From contig JBHLPF010000003.1 in assembly GCA_048939765.1 (NCBI GenBank), positions 32,001-96,000 on the forward strand: a DNA stretch of 64,000 nt, written 5' to 3'. The notes beneath the pieces are model-generated. The model made no database searches, was not told the DNA's origin, and saw nothing but the letters and a program-made list of their open reading frames with translations. Of this stretch, positions 1 to 9,094 are shown piece after piece. This DNA comes from Promethearchaeota archaeon. GTDB taxonomy: Archaea > Asgardarchaeota > Thorarchaeia > Thorarchaeales > Thorarchaeaceae. Made by a program: the position numbers and the translations under genes. Position 1 is the first letter of the stretch; every line of letters begins with the position of its first letter.

Positions 1-641
1 CATTAGGATACCTTATTGTGGCATTCGCTCGAACCATGGCGGGAAAGGAAGGTGGTGCATTCACAATGCGAAGAATGGGACGCCTCATGCTTCATCTTGG
101 CCTAATCGTGCTGCTTCTGGGAGTTTTTCTAAGTGAAAATGTGGTAATTAGTCAAACCAACACGTATCTCACAGATCAATCGTATGAACTGGGCTCCTCA
201 GGAATAACAGTTGGAGTGAGAGATATCAACCTGGTGTATTGGAATAACGAGTATGATTTCGAATTGCGAGTAGTAATCTTGGTGACAGAAGGAAACTCAG
301 CCTGGTTGGGACTCATAGTTGTCAATGGAAATCCGCAATGGCAATCACTGATACAGGATGTTTACGTGCAGACTACAGCTCTTCGGGATGTATTTGTGTC
401 GCTCCGGACGTTTGACCAAGTTGCTCCCATGGCTTATAGCGTAGAACTTCAAGCGAAGATTCTTCCACTCGTGACCTTTGTATGGTTAGGAGCCTTCCTA
501 ATGATAATGGCTCTGCTTCCATTAAGTGCCATGGAGCTCTCTAGCTTGAGAAAAGCCCTCAAGGAAAAGCAAGAGGACCTCTATGGCCCTATAGAGGATG
601 ACATCGAAGAGGAAATTCCGATATCCGCAGAAAATGAATGA
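1..641 (+). CDS. ccmF: Cytochrome c biogenesis heme lyase CcmF/NrfE, C-terminal part (5' end outside window)
   Basis: HLGLIVLLLGV helix, soluble insert, then PLVTFVWLGAFLM, as in CcmF C-termini; ccmABCE nearby; frame open from window edge. Confidence 0.8.
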   Translation, partial: LGYLIVAFARTMAGKEGGAFTMRRMGRLMLHLGLIVLLLGVFLSENVVISQTNTYLTDQSYELGSSGITVGVRDINLVYWNNEYDFELRVVILVTEGNSAWLGLIVVNGNPQWQSLIQDVYVQTTALRDVFVSLRTFDQVAPMAYSVELQAKILPLVTFVWLGAFLMIMALLPLSAMELSSLRKALKEKQEDLYGPIEDDIEEEIPISAENE

Positions 642-783
642 TAACGTTCACAATATTGCACTCTATGCCACTAAACCGTCTATTCTAGTGGCATTCATTT
701 TCTTCTTTCTTATAGGGAAACTTATGAGATAGGGTTACAATTTGAATTTCTCGTCGGCTTTGTAGCTCGCTGGAGGTTTCAAA

Positions 784-1416
784 ATGGCAAAGGTTGTGGG
801 TATTTCAGGTAGTAATAGACAAGGCGGCAACACATCCACTCTCGTAGAACTTGCCCTCGACGCCGCACGGGAGTATGGTGTAGAAACCGAGTTTATTGAG
901 CTCGCCGATTTTGAAATACTGCCATGCAGGCATTTCCTCAAATGCTATGAATCGGGGCGGTGTAGTCAAGATGATGACTTGAATCCCATTATTGAGAAGA
1001 TGTATGACGCGCACGGAATAATATTCGGCTCTCCAGTACACTATGCCAGCGTTACATCTCAGATGAAGAACTTCATGGATCGTGTCGGTCGGTTTGCTCA
1101 TCTTGAGGGTAAGGTAGGCGCTGCTCTTGCGGTTGCAAGAAAATCTGGGGCAGACATCGCTCTCAACCAAATGCTCTTTTTCATGCTTGTCAAGGAGATG
1201 ATTGTTCCTGGCGGTGTTTCTTGGCCAATAGGATTCGCTATGAATGTAGGTGACATCAGAAGTGATATGGAGGCCATGCGGATGGCGCAACAGATGGGCA
1301 GACGTGTGGCATTTCTATCTGATTTGGTGGCCAAAATCCCCGTTCCATGGCACTATGAACCCCGTCCTAAGGATGAGAAGTCGAGATTTGGGGACGAATG
1401 GAAGACTTCTGACTAA
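784..1416 (+). CDS. Iron-sulfur flavoprotein (Isf) / NADPH-dependent FMN reductase family
   Basis: VVGISGSNRQGGNT flavodoxin-like start, Cys cluster region, IIFGSPVHYASVTSQMKNFMDR. Confidence 0.85.
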   Translation: MAKVVGISGSNRQGGNTSTLVELALDAAREYGVETEFIELADFEILPCRHFLKCYESGRCSQDDDLNPIIEKMYDAHGIIFGSPVHYASVTSQMKNFMDRVGRFAHLEGKVGAALAVARKSGADIALNQMLFFMLVKEMIVPGGVSWPIGFAMNVGDIRSDMEAMRMAQQMGRRVAFLSDLVAKIPVPWHYEPRPKDEKSRFGDEWKTSD

Positions 1417-1802
1417 GGAGTCGCAGGTTCGTATTTGCTTGGACATTGAGCAAGTATATCATGAGCTCGAATCAGAAGTTGTTCGCCTTCTTCGAGAAAT
1501 CCAATAGCGACCATATCTTGTCCGTCGGTCAAAGTTGGAAGCTCACTTTCCACCATGACAAGAATCGTATGATTATCTCCAGCGAGAACAAGAGTAATGT
1601 TGTCGGCCGTGATGGATATTGAACCATTCTGGAGTTTTCCTTTTACCTGAATTGTACGCCCCATGAATTGATCGGGATTCTCCACAACTGCATCTACGCT
1701 GATGTACGGATCCACGAAGAAGTTGAGCATTCCATATGCGACGAAACCAACTACTACGACCAGAACGCCTGCGATTAGTAGCATGCGTGTTTTCTTCTTC
1801 AC
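1413..1802 (-). CDS. ccmE: Heme chaperone CcmE, CxxxY (System I*) type
   Basis: N-terminal TM, OB-fold-like body, terminal AQCPSKY. Confidence 0.9.
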   Translation of the reverse strand: MKKKTRMLLIAGVLVVVVGFVAYGMLNFFVDPYISVDAVVENPDQFMGRTIQVKGKLQNGSISITADNITLVLAGDNHTILVMVESELPTLTDGQDMVAIGFLEEGEQLLIRAHDILAQCPSKYEPATP

Positions 1803-1808
1803 CGGTTC

Positions 1809-2204
1809 TCACTCCGTATTCGTATCTCCAACTAGCAATGCGACGGACTCCTCAATGCCTGCAATCGCAAATATCTGCCAAAGCAGCATGATAAACACTC
1901 CAGCCCAGACAACTATTGCCATCGGAAATAGTGGAATTTGCACCCAGAAGATTAGCCCTGCGAGCAAGACCACCACACCGACCAATTCTAGGATGAAGGC
2001 CACAATGACAATCACCTCGTTTGGCATCTTAGGAAGTCCAACACTCTGCTCGCCTGCAGAGGATAGCATTACCATCGTCTTGTTGATTCCATTGATTCTA
2101 ATGAACAGCCAGAAAAGCAAGGAAAAAGTCCCTACCCATAGTATGACGGCCACAGTGAATAACTCGTTTGAAAGGATGATTTCTGGTGACTGCATTCTAC
2201 TCAC
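1809..2204 (-). CDS. Small membrane protein in the ccmD position, probable CcmD-like
   Basis: Three hydrophobic segments; lies between ccmC and ccmE with tight spacing. Confidence 0.5.
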   Translation of the reverse strand: MSRMQSPEIILSNELFTVAVILWVGTFSLLFWLFIRINGINKTMVMLSSAGEQSVGLPKMPNEVIVIVAFILELVGVVVLLAGLIFWVQIPLFPMAIVVWAGVFIMLLWQIFAIAGIEESVALLVGDTNTE

Positions 2205-2868
2205 TCCTCTGCATCCGCAGTTCCATTAGTTTTTCACTGACCAAGTCTATTCTGTAGGTTAACTCGAGAATCAGAAAATAGACTAGTCCAATAGCAATGA
2301 GACTAACCATCAGAGTCATTCCGTGTTCTATTCCCATCTGTAATCCTTCGCCAGTAATTACAATTGGATGCAGAGTCTCCCATACTCGAATTGAGATGTA
2401 ACTAAGAATGACTGCTGGAAAGGCTATGATTCCAAAGATTGAGCCGAACTGTGCTCGTACATCTCGGTCACTGACTGATGCTCGATACGCAATCAGACAT
2501 GCATACGCTATCCATAGGATCAACGTGGTCGTTTCTCTTGGGTCCCAGTTCCAATACACACCCCAAGATGCATTGGCCCAAATCATCCCGCTAAGCAATG
2601 TGATGGTTGTGAAGACGAGGCCAATCTTAATCGATGCGGCACCGACCAGGTCGTAGCGTAGGTCTTGCTTCCAGAGATACATGACTCCGCAGACCAGCGT
2701 CACACCAAATGCGAGGTAGCCAACAAGCGCTGGAGCGACATGCTGAAAGAAGATTCTGATCCTCTCCCCAAGATTCACTTCTGGCGGTGCGAAAACCCAT
2801 ACCATATAGAGGTAGAGGAAGGTGATTATCAGTGATAGAATATACATCACCATTCGTTTTGTATTCAC
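2197..2868 (-). CDS. ccmC: Heme exporter subunit CcmC
   Basis: WWD motif WGVYWNWDPRET, flanking His in FFQHVA and TLHP. Confidence 0.93.
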   Translation of the reverse strand: MNTKRMVMYILSLIITFLYLYMVWVFAPPEVNLGERIRIFFQHVAPALVGYLAFGVTLVCGVMYLWKQDLRYDLVGAASIKIGLVFTTITLLSGMIWANASWGVYWNWDPRETTTLILWIAYACLIAYRASVSDRDVRAQFGSIFGIIAFPAVILSYISIRVWETLHPIVITGEGLQMGIEHGMTLMVSLIAIGLVYFLILELTYRIDLVSEKLMELRMQRSE

Positions 2869-2938
2869 TTCTTCACATCCCTTTCTGGGCCGGCTCGAAG
2901 AAACACATCAATATGAACATTATGATTGGAGTTCAGTT

Positions 2939-3661
2939 TCAGGCTGAAAGCGTGAACTGAAAGACAGCAGCTGATAGCAGCACCATGGCAAAGACGTGTC
3001 CAGATAAGAGGAACAGCAGTTCAACAATTCCTGGTCCTACAAATGGAATTCCAATGGCCAGCATCCTCGTGATTTCCACTAGCAGAATCAGAGCTGTCGT
3101 GGCGGTTGGAAAGTAGACTATGGGGTACACGGTTGCCTTTGATTCAGCAGGCATTGTTAGTGCAGATGCCATAGCTCCAACTGCAGCCAAGTCCAATGTT
3201 CCTAGAATGAATGTTATTAGGATGAAGAGCGGTGACATCCCCGGGGCAAATGAAAAGCCGAGAAGACCCATGGCGATTGGAACCAGGAATACCTCAACCA
3301 GTCCCATCAGCATGAACCCGTAGATGACTTTCCCCAGATACACTGACCATCCTGGTATTGGAGCAAGAGACAATCCCTTTAGAGTTCCAGTTTCTGACTC
3401 GGAGATGAATACTGGCGAGAAGCCAAACATACCAGTGAAGAACACGACCACCCATAGCATTCCGCTTCCTATCTCCGTCATTACTTGGAGTCTGGCGGCA
3501 GGGTCTGGAATGATAAATGTGGAAGAACTAAGCACGAGACCCAGAACAAAGACCGCGATGATGGCAAACAAAAACATCGAAAATGCTTCAAATCGCTTTC
3601 TCATTTGAGTGACCAGATCTTTCTTCGCGATTGCCAGCGCATATGATAGGCCAGACCCCAT
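2939..3661 (-). CDS. ccmB: Heme exporter permease CcmB
   Basis: About 6 TM, AKKDL start, ESETGTLKGLSLAP..VYLGK motif; between ccmA and ccmC; ATG at 3661 preferred. Confidence 0.85.
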   Translation of the reverse strand: MGSGLSYALAIAKKDLVTQMRKRFEAFSMFLFAIIAVFVLGLVLSSSTFIIPDPAARLQVMTEIGSGMLWVVVFFTGMFGFSPVFISESETGTLKGLSLAPIPGWSVYLGKVIYGFMLMGLVEVFLVPIAMGLLGFSFAPGMSPLFILITFILGTLDLAAVGAMASALTMPAESKATVYPIVYFPTATTALILLVEITRMLAIGIPFVGPGIVELLFLLSGHVFAMVLLSAAVFQFTLSA

Positions 3662-3671
3662 TCTATTCACC

Positions 3672-4346
3672 TCATATGTTTCCATCAAATTCCGAGATCG
3701 GCCCTTGACCTATGATCTCACCTTTTCTCAACGTTATGAAATCATCACACATTTCTGTTCCCAGTGCCAGATTGTGTGTCGTTAGAATCGCTGTTCTATC
3801 ATTCCGCTTTGAATCAATGTAGTTTCTGAACACCTCGGTAGAGTCCTTATCGAGACCTGAGAAGGGTTCATCAAGCAAGAACAATTCAGGGTCATGCAAT
3901 AGACTTCTGATAATATCGAATCTCTTTCTTAGTCCCGTGGATAGGATCTTTGTTGGTTCATCCAACCATGGCTTAACATCAAACTGCTCCGCTAGGTCTT
4001 CGATAGTGGTACTAGATGTATCATCATCTAGATCGTAAAGGTCAGAGTAGAATTTCAGATTCTCCCTACCAGTCAACTCACCGTATAGTAGAGGCTTGTC
4101 ACCGACAACACCAATCCTTCTTCTTACCTCAATTGGCTCCTCCTCAGTATCATATCCAAAGACCTTCACACTGCCTGCGTGTGGCTGAAGGAGAGTAGAT
4201 ATGACTCGCATAAGCGTGGTTTTTCCTGCGCCATTATTCCCAAATAGTGCGTGAACGCCGCCGATTGGGACATTGAACGAGATGTCCTTCAAAGCTACTC
4301 TATAGCCATAGCGTCGAGTCAGTCCGTCAACTTGTATAGATACCAT
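3672..4346 (-). CDS. ccmA: Heme exporter ABC ATPase CcmA
   Basis: Walker A GNNGAGKT, LSTG signature, LLDEP Walker B; start reassigned to ATG 4346. Confidence 0.88.
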   Translation of the reverse strand: MVSIQVDGLTRRYGYRVALKDISFNVPIGGVHALFGNNGAGKTTLMRVISTLLQPHAGSVKVFGYDTEEEPIEVRRRIGVVGDKPLLYGELTGRENLKFYSDLYDLDDDTSSTTIEDLAEQFDVKPWLDEPTKILSTGLRKRFDIIRSLLHDPELFLLDEPFSGLDKDSTEVFRNYIDSKRNDRTAILTTHNLALGTEMCDDFITLRKGEIIGQGPISEFDGNI

Positions 4347-4418
4347 TTGGAGTGCCTCACACGGGTCAATGTGGGAGCACCCAACCCTTTTTTTAGTCTG
4401 ACGGATGCGCCGTAGGCT

Positions 4419-5618
4419 ATGGCTGAGAACTCCTATGACGTTATAGTCGTGGGTGCAGGTCCCGCTGGCTGCACAGCTGCCACAGTAGTTGCCGCCGCTG
4501 GCTTTAAGACTCTTGTAGTTGACAGAAGGAGGGAGATAGGAGTTCCAATCCACTGTGGTGAGTTCTTACCGACCCCAGGAGAGATGCGTGACCTATTGCG
4601 TGATTCTCCGAGAGCATCACGACTTGTCGATATCCCCAACCATCTCATTACAAATCGGACAAACCGATTGATGCTTGCTTCCCCATTGAGTCACAAGTTC
4701 TACTTCAAACTTGATGCCCATGTGATTGACCGGACACGCTTCGATCAGCATATTGCAGGCAAGGCTCGAGATGCTGGTGCTGAGTTCGTTCTTGAGTCAA
4801 CAGTCATCGAGCGAACCAAAACGAATCGACTCATCATTAGGCAGAAAGGTGAGAATTCTGAGTTGAATGCTCGTGTAGTAATAGGCGCTGATGGACCAAG
4901 TTCGCTCATTGCTAAGTCCATGGGCAATCACTATCACAGTCCCGGAAGAGACCTCTGTCCTTCCTTGAATTACGTTGTTGCTGATATTGAATGTGACTCG
5001 AAAACTACCGAGATGTATTTCGGAAACAATGTTGCTCCAGGAGGGTACTCATGGATTATTCCCAAGGGAAACGACACGGCGAATGTGGGCTTTGGGATGC
5101 GACGACCATTCGGAGCGCCTGGAGTTTCATTGAAGCAATATCTTCGAAGATTCATGGAGTTTCATCCTCTCGTTTCTCCGCGCACCAAGAACTCCACGAT
5201 TGTATCTAGAGTCGGAGCCATCATTCCTGTCGGAGGGCCAGTTGACAGAACGTGTTCTGATAATGCAGTTCTTGTTGGGGATGCGGCTGGTCATGTGATG
5301 GCGTCAAACGGTGGAGGGATTCCGACTGCTCTTGTAGGTGGGGAGATCGCCGGAGAGTCGGTCGTCAGTAACTTGATAGATGGAACTCCGTTGTCATCCT
5401 TTGAGCATCAATGGAGAAGGGAGATCGGGAATGAGCTCTATGCTGCGTTAAGGATTCTCCGCATAGCTGATCAAGTGATGCCCTCTGACAGAATAACCGA
5501 TCAATGCATGCGTCTTGCTGGCTCCAGATACCTCAAGCATCTGATTCGATGTAGGCTTCCTGCCCCTGTCGATTTTGCCTCAAAGACACTTGTGAGAGTA
5601 CTGAGTGTCTTGGAATGA
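4419..5618 (+). CDS. Geranylgeranyl reductase family FAD oxidoreductase
   Basis: VVGAGPAG, CGE, IGADG, PGGYSWIIPKG, VGDAAG..GGGI motifs. Confidence 0.9.
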   Translation: MAENSYDVIVVGAGPAGCTAATVVAAAGFKTLVVDRRREIGVPIHCGEFLPTPGEMRDLLRDSPRASRLVDIPNHLITNRTNRLMLASPLSHKFYFKLDAHVIDRTRFDQHIAGKARDAGAEFVLESTVIERTKTNRLIIRQKGENSELNARVVIGADGPSSLIAKSMGNHYHSPGRDLCPSLNYVVADIECDSKTTEMYFGNNVAPGGYSWIIPKGNDTANVGFGMRRPFGAPGVSLKQYLRRFMEFHPLVSPRTKNSTIVSRVGAIIPVGGPVDRTCSDNAVLVGDAAGHVMASNGGGIPTALVGGEIAGESVVSNLIDGTPLSSFEHQWRREIGNELYAALRILRIADQVMPSDRITDQCMRLAGSRYLKHLIRCRLPAPVDFASKTLVRVLSVLE

Positions 5619-5624
5619 TTTTAG

Positions 5625-6656
5625 TCAGTGAATCCGTTCCAGCACAAAGTCAGCAACTTTGTTTAGAAGCCTGTCATTCTTGAGGTCAACCGCTTCGAGT
5701 GCACTCTTTGCGCGTTCCACATATGTCTTTGCCAACTCGGTGGCATGATGCACAGCCTCTGTTTCATCGATGAGCTGCAATACCGGGGCTAGATTACCTT
5801 CTTTCAAAGCCTCGATGCCCTCTTGGCGTTCTGCCTCTGAACTGACCTCAAGAGCGTGAACTAGTGGATAATTGCATCTTCTTCCCTTAATATCCGACTG
5901 GACGGTCTTGCCTGCAACCTGAAGTGAAGCGATTACATCTAGTATATCATCTCTTATCTGAAAACTGAAACCTAGCATCTCTCCATACTTGGTGAGAGCG
6001 GTTTTCTGCTCATTCGAGGCTCCGCCCACAAGGGCTCCAACTCTAGCTGCCTCTCTCATGAAGGTCGCTGTCTTGTGCTCTATCACTTTTAGGTATCTCT
6101 GGCGATTGAAAGAATCCGGGCTATCTTCGCACAAGAGGAAGTCGAGAGCTTCTCCTTCAGTCATTCGTATGCCGCCTCTTCCAAGATGAATTAGTAGCTC
6201 TGGTGTTGCCTGTTCGCCAATGATTTCAACTGCTTGGGCTATCAGCAAATCCCCAGCGAGCACCGCAATCTTTGCACCGAATTTCTGGTGAGTGGTCTCG
6301 ACGCCCCTTCGGACCAAGTCTTCATCAATGATGTCATCATGAACTAAACTGGCAGTCTGAAGTAGCTCCATTGCTAGGGCAAAAGGCAGGACCTTCTTGA
6401 CCTCTCCTCCCACAGCTTCGCAGCTTAGCAGTGTGATCAGTGATCTAAGCCTCTTTCCTCCAGCCAGGAGCAGGTGATGAGCGGCATCATAGAGGACTGA
6501 AGGTTCTCCCCTGTATTTGTCAAGAAACTTCTTCATCTCTTGGTCAATAAGATTCATTCGTGATTGAAGTGTGTCATCATTGAGTAGGTGCTCAACAGAG
6601 GTCATCTTCTCATCATGCTGAGGTCCTGTCGCTGTTCGTTTCTCAGATCCGCGCAA
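5625..6656 (-). CDS. trans-Polyprenyl diphosphate synthase, probably medium/long chain
   Basis: GGKRLR, FARM ASLVHDDIID..RRG, KT, FQIRDDILD; Ala at position -5 of FARM; true start may be ATG 6605. Confidence 0.9.
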   Translation of the reverse strand: MRGSEKRTATGPQHDEKMTSVEHLLNDDTLQSRMNLIDQEMKKFLDKYRGEPSVLYDAAHHLLLAGGKRLRSLITLLSCEAVGGEVKKVLPFALAMELLQTASLVHDDIIDEDLVRRGVETTHQKFGAKIAVLAGDLLIAQAVEIIGEQATPELLIHLGRGGIRMTEGEALDFLLCEDSPDSFNRQRYLKVIEHKTATFMREAARVGALVGGASNEQKTALTKYGEMLGFSFQIRDDILDVIASLQVAGKTVQSDIKGRRCNYPLVHALEVSSEAERQEGIEALKEGNLAPVLQLIDETEAVHHATELAKTYVERAKSALEAVDLKNDRLLNKVADFVLERIH

Positions 6657-6715
6657 AGCTCCATCTCCAAGACCCTTGCTATGGTCTTACTAACGCTCTG
6701 GAATGGCGATAGCAT

Positions 6716-6730
6716 CCTTAAACGTTTCGG
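6716..6730 (-). promoter_or_regulatory. Putative archaeal BRE-TATA promoter for the polyprenyl synthase
   Basis: Minus strand reads CCGAAACGTTTAAGG, upstream of the gene start. Confidence 0.5.
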
Positions 6731-6801
6731 GATAAGCAAAGCCTTAGTTGACTGAATCATTCAGTGAGATTCAGGAAGTCTTTTCTTGAGGGGCCAATGT
6801 A

Positions 6802-7866
6802 TTGACATTACTGGTAACTATGACCGAAGGCGATGAATCCGACCCAAGCATTCCTGAGAAACCTAGCAAGCTAAGAATTTGGATGCTTGAGATGCGCCTG
6901 CCCTTTCTAACTGGAAGCATCACTCCTGTCTTGCTGGGTACGGCAATGGCATGGAGCATGCATGGTGTATTCCTTTTGGATGTCTTTCTTCTCACTCTGG
7001 TAGTCGGGGTATGTCTTCATCTAGGAGCAAACATCAGCAACGACTACTTTGATCACATCAGCACAGCCGACGACATCAATGTAGAATACGTGCGACCATT
7101 CACAGGTGGCAGTAGGATGATTCAACTTGGATGGCTCTCTCCCCGTGAAGTTCTAGCAGGTTCGTTTGTAGCTTATGGAATTGCGGTCATTGTCGGGCTC
7201 TATCTCGCTTTCACACGGGATTTGCTTCTCCTTGCCTTCGGCATTGTTGGTGCTGCCTCAGGATTCTTCTACACCGCCCCTCCTTTCAGATTTGTGTCAC
7301 GCGGCTATGGCGAGGTGTTCATAGGACTGAACTTCGGAGTGCTCATGGTTCTTGGCTCCTTTTACGTTCAAGTTCTCACACTTGCTTGGGAGCCTGTGAT
7401 TGCATCACTCCCAGTGGCCCTCCTAATCACAGCGGTGCTATACATAAATGAATTTCCCGACGCCAAGGCTGACGAGGCAGCAGGGAAGCTGACAGTTGTG
7501 GTCAGGCTTGGCAAGAAGCGAGCCGCGACAGGGTACGGAGTATTGATGGCATTTGTGTACGGTACTCTGGTTTTTGGAATTCTTCTGAATTTCGTAGCGC
7601 TCTTTGCCTCAGTCGCTTTGACTACATTGCCTCTTGGGATATTTGCAACTCGACATGCGATAGCCAATCATAGCAATACTCCAGCGCTTGTTCCTGCAAA
7701 TGCGGCAACAGTGGTGAACCATCTTCTGACTGGATTATACCTCACCATTGCATATGTTATGCATGGGTTTGGACTGTCTCTTGAGATTGTTCTACTTGTG
7801 GCGGTTGTGATGCTTCTGGTTGTTCTAATGCAATATCGTAGTTTGAACACGCCGCCAAAGTCCTAA
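6802..7866 (+). CDS. menA: 1,4-dihydroxy-2-naphthoate polyprenyltransferase (UbiA family)
   Basis: RLPFL start, NDYFD..DD, GGSR, YTAPP, NEFPD..D..AGK.T..VRLG motifs; multi-TM. Confidence 0.88.
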   Translation: MTLLVTMTEGDESDPSIPEKPSKLRIWMLEMRLPFLTGSITPVLLGTAMAWSMHGVFLLDVFLLTLVVGVCLHLGANISNDYFDHISTADDINVEYVRPFTGGSRMIQLGWLSPREVLAGSFVAYGIAVIVGLYLAFTRDLLLLAFGIVGAASGFFYTAPPFRFVSRGYGEVFIGLNFGVLMVLGSFYVQVLTLAWEPVIASLPVALLITAVLYINEFPDAKADEAAGKLTVVVRLGKKRAATGYGVLMAFVYGTLVFGILLNFVALFASVALTTLPLGIFATRHAIANHSNTPALVPANAATVVNHLLTGLYLTIAYVMHGFGLSLEIVLLVAVVMLLVVLMQYRSLNTPPKS

Positions 7867-7876
7867 TATGTCAATA

Positions 7877-9094
7877 CTATCGAAGGCCCATTAAATCCAC
7901 GAATAGATCCTCTATATTGAGGACCTTGATTTTCTTGTCCCGCTTCTTTATTGCATCCATGAAATTCAATTTGCAGAACACACAGGAAGATGCTAGAGTT
8001 GTCGCTCCTACTTCCAGCGCCGTGTCTATTCTTTCAGCGGCGACATTGATTGCATTTTCCCCAAATCCAGCCTTGAACCCTCCTCCTGCACCGCAGCATT
8101 TTGAGTTCTCACGATTGCGATCCATCTCCACCAATTCGAGACCAGGAATACTTGCCAATACCTCTCTTGGAGCATCAAAGATGCCAACATGTCGACCCAA
8201 GTGACACGGGTCGTGGTATGTGACCTTCTCGGGATAGCTCCCTTTCCATTTGAGCTCACCTTTCTTCACTTTCAGTGCGAGGAATTGTGTTAGGTGCTGT
8301 GTAGTAAATGGAAGAATACCCTGCTTCTCGCGATAGAATTTTGGCCAATCCAAAGTGACTGTGCGGAAACATCCTGAGCATGAGAAGATGAGGTGTTTGA
8401 CTCCTCTCTTCTTGAACTCCTCAATGTTATGCATGATGATGTCTTCCACATGAAGTCTTCCGACGTACTCCTTTGTACCATCTTCATGCTCATCATATAC
8501 GGGCTTATCGAGCTGGCCGGTTCTGATGAGGGGGCTGCAACAGCAGTATTCGTCAGGACCCAAGAGCTGCGGTTTGATGCCGAAGTAGTTGAGCATTCGA
8601 AGAGTGGAGTCTCCTATCTCCTGCCTCTTGAAAGATGCTGTACAACCCACAAAATAGCCCCACTCTGAATCATCAGATATCTCTGTATCATCTTGAATCC
8701 AGTCCGCTCTAGTAGCGTTGTCTGCTGCATACGGATTCTTCACTTTGTGTACAAAGTCTCCCATCAAATGAAGACGTCCATATGGTCCCTTGCCCATCTC
8801 AACAAGCTTCTTTCTGACATCTTCTATAATATCCACATAGGGTAACTTGATAGGACATCTCTCAACACATTGTTCACACGTGCTACAGGCGTAGACGGTT
8901 CTGACGAATTCATCATCAATTGGCAGGTTCTGTTCCACATAGGAACGCAGAAGCCTCAGCCGGCCTCCAGCAAACATGGCCTCAGTACGGAACTCCTCGT
9001 AACTAGTGCATGTCCACCGACAAGTGGAGCAGTTAGCGCATAGCACAATCTTGTCTGGATCGAAGTCTAGTTCTGGACCGAATAGTTTTGGCAT
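7877..9094 (-). CDS. Fe-S oxidoreductase, 2x[4Fe-4S] plus two CCG domains (GlcF/HdrD-like), module A
   Basis: CANCSTCRWTC, CSTCEQCVERCP, GC..CC..CSGC, HDPCHLGR..CCG..CVFC. Confidence 0.9.
   Translation of the reverse strand: MPKLFGPELDFDPDKIVLCANCSTCRWTCTSYEEFRTEAMFAGGRLRLLRSYVEQNLPIDDEFVRTVYACSTCEQCVERCPIKLPYVDIIEDVRKKLVEMGKGPYGRLHLMGDFVHKVKNPYAADNATRADWIQDDTEISDDSEWGYFVGCTASFKRQEIGDSTLRMLNYFGIKPQLLGPDEYCCCSPLIRTGQLDKPVYDEHEDGTKEYVGRLHVEDIIMHNIEEFKKRGVKHLIFSCSGCFRTVTLDWPKFYREKQGILPFTTQHLTQFLALKVKKGELKWKGSYPEKVTYHDPCHLGRHVGIFDAPREVLASIPGLELVEMDRNRENSKCCGAGGGFKAGFGENAINVAAERIDTALEVGATTLASSCVFCKLNFMDAIKKRDKKIKVLNIEDLFVDLMGLR

Noticed and set aside
4347-4553. Cys-rich N-terminal extension of CcmA in the ORF track
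   Set aside because: Overlaps the GGR gene on the opposite strand; the ABC domain starts at ATG 4346
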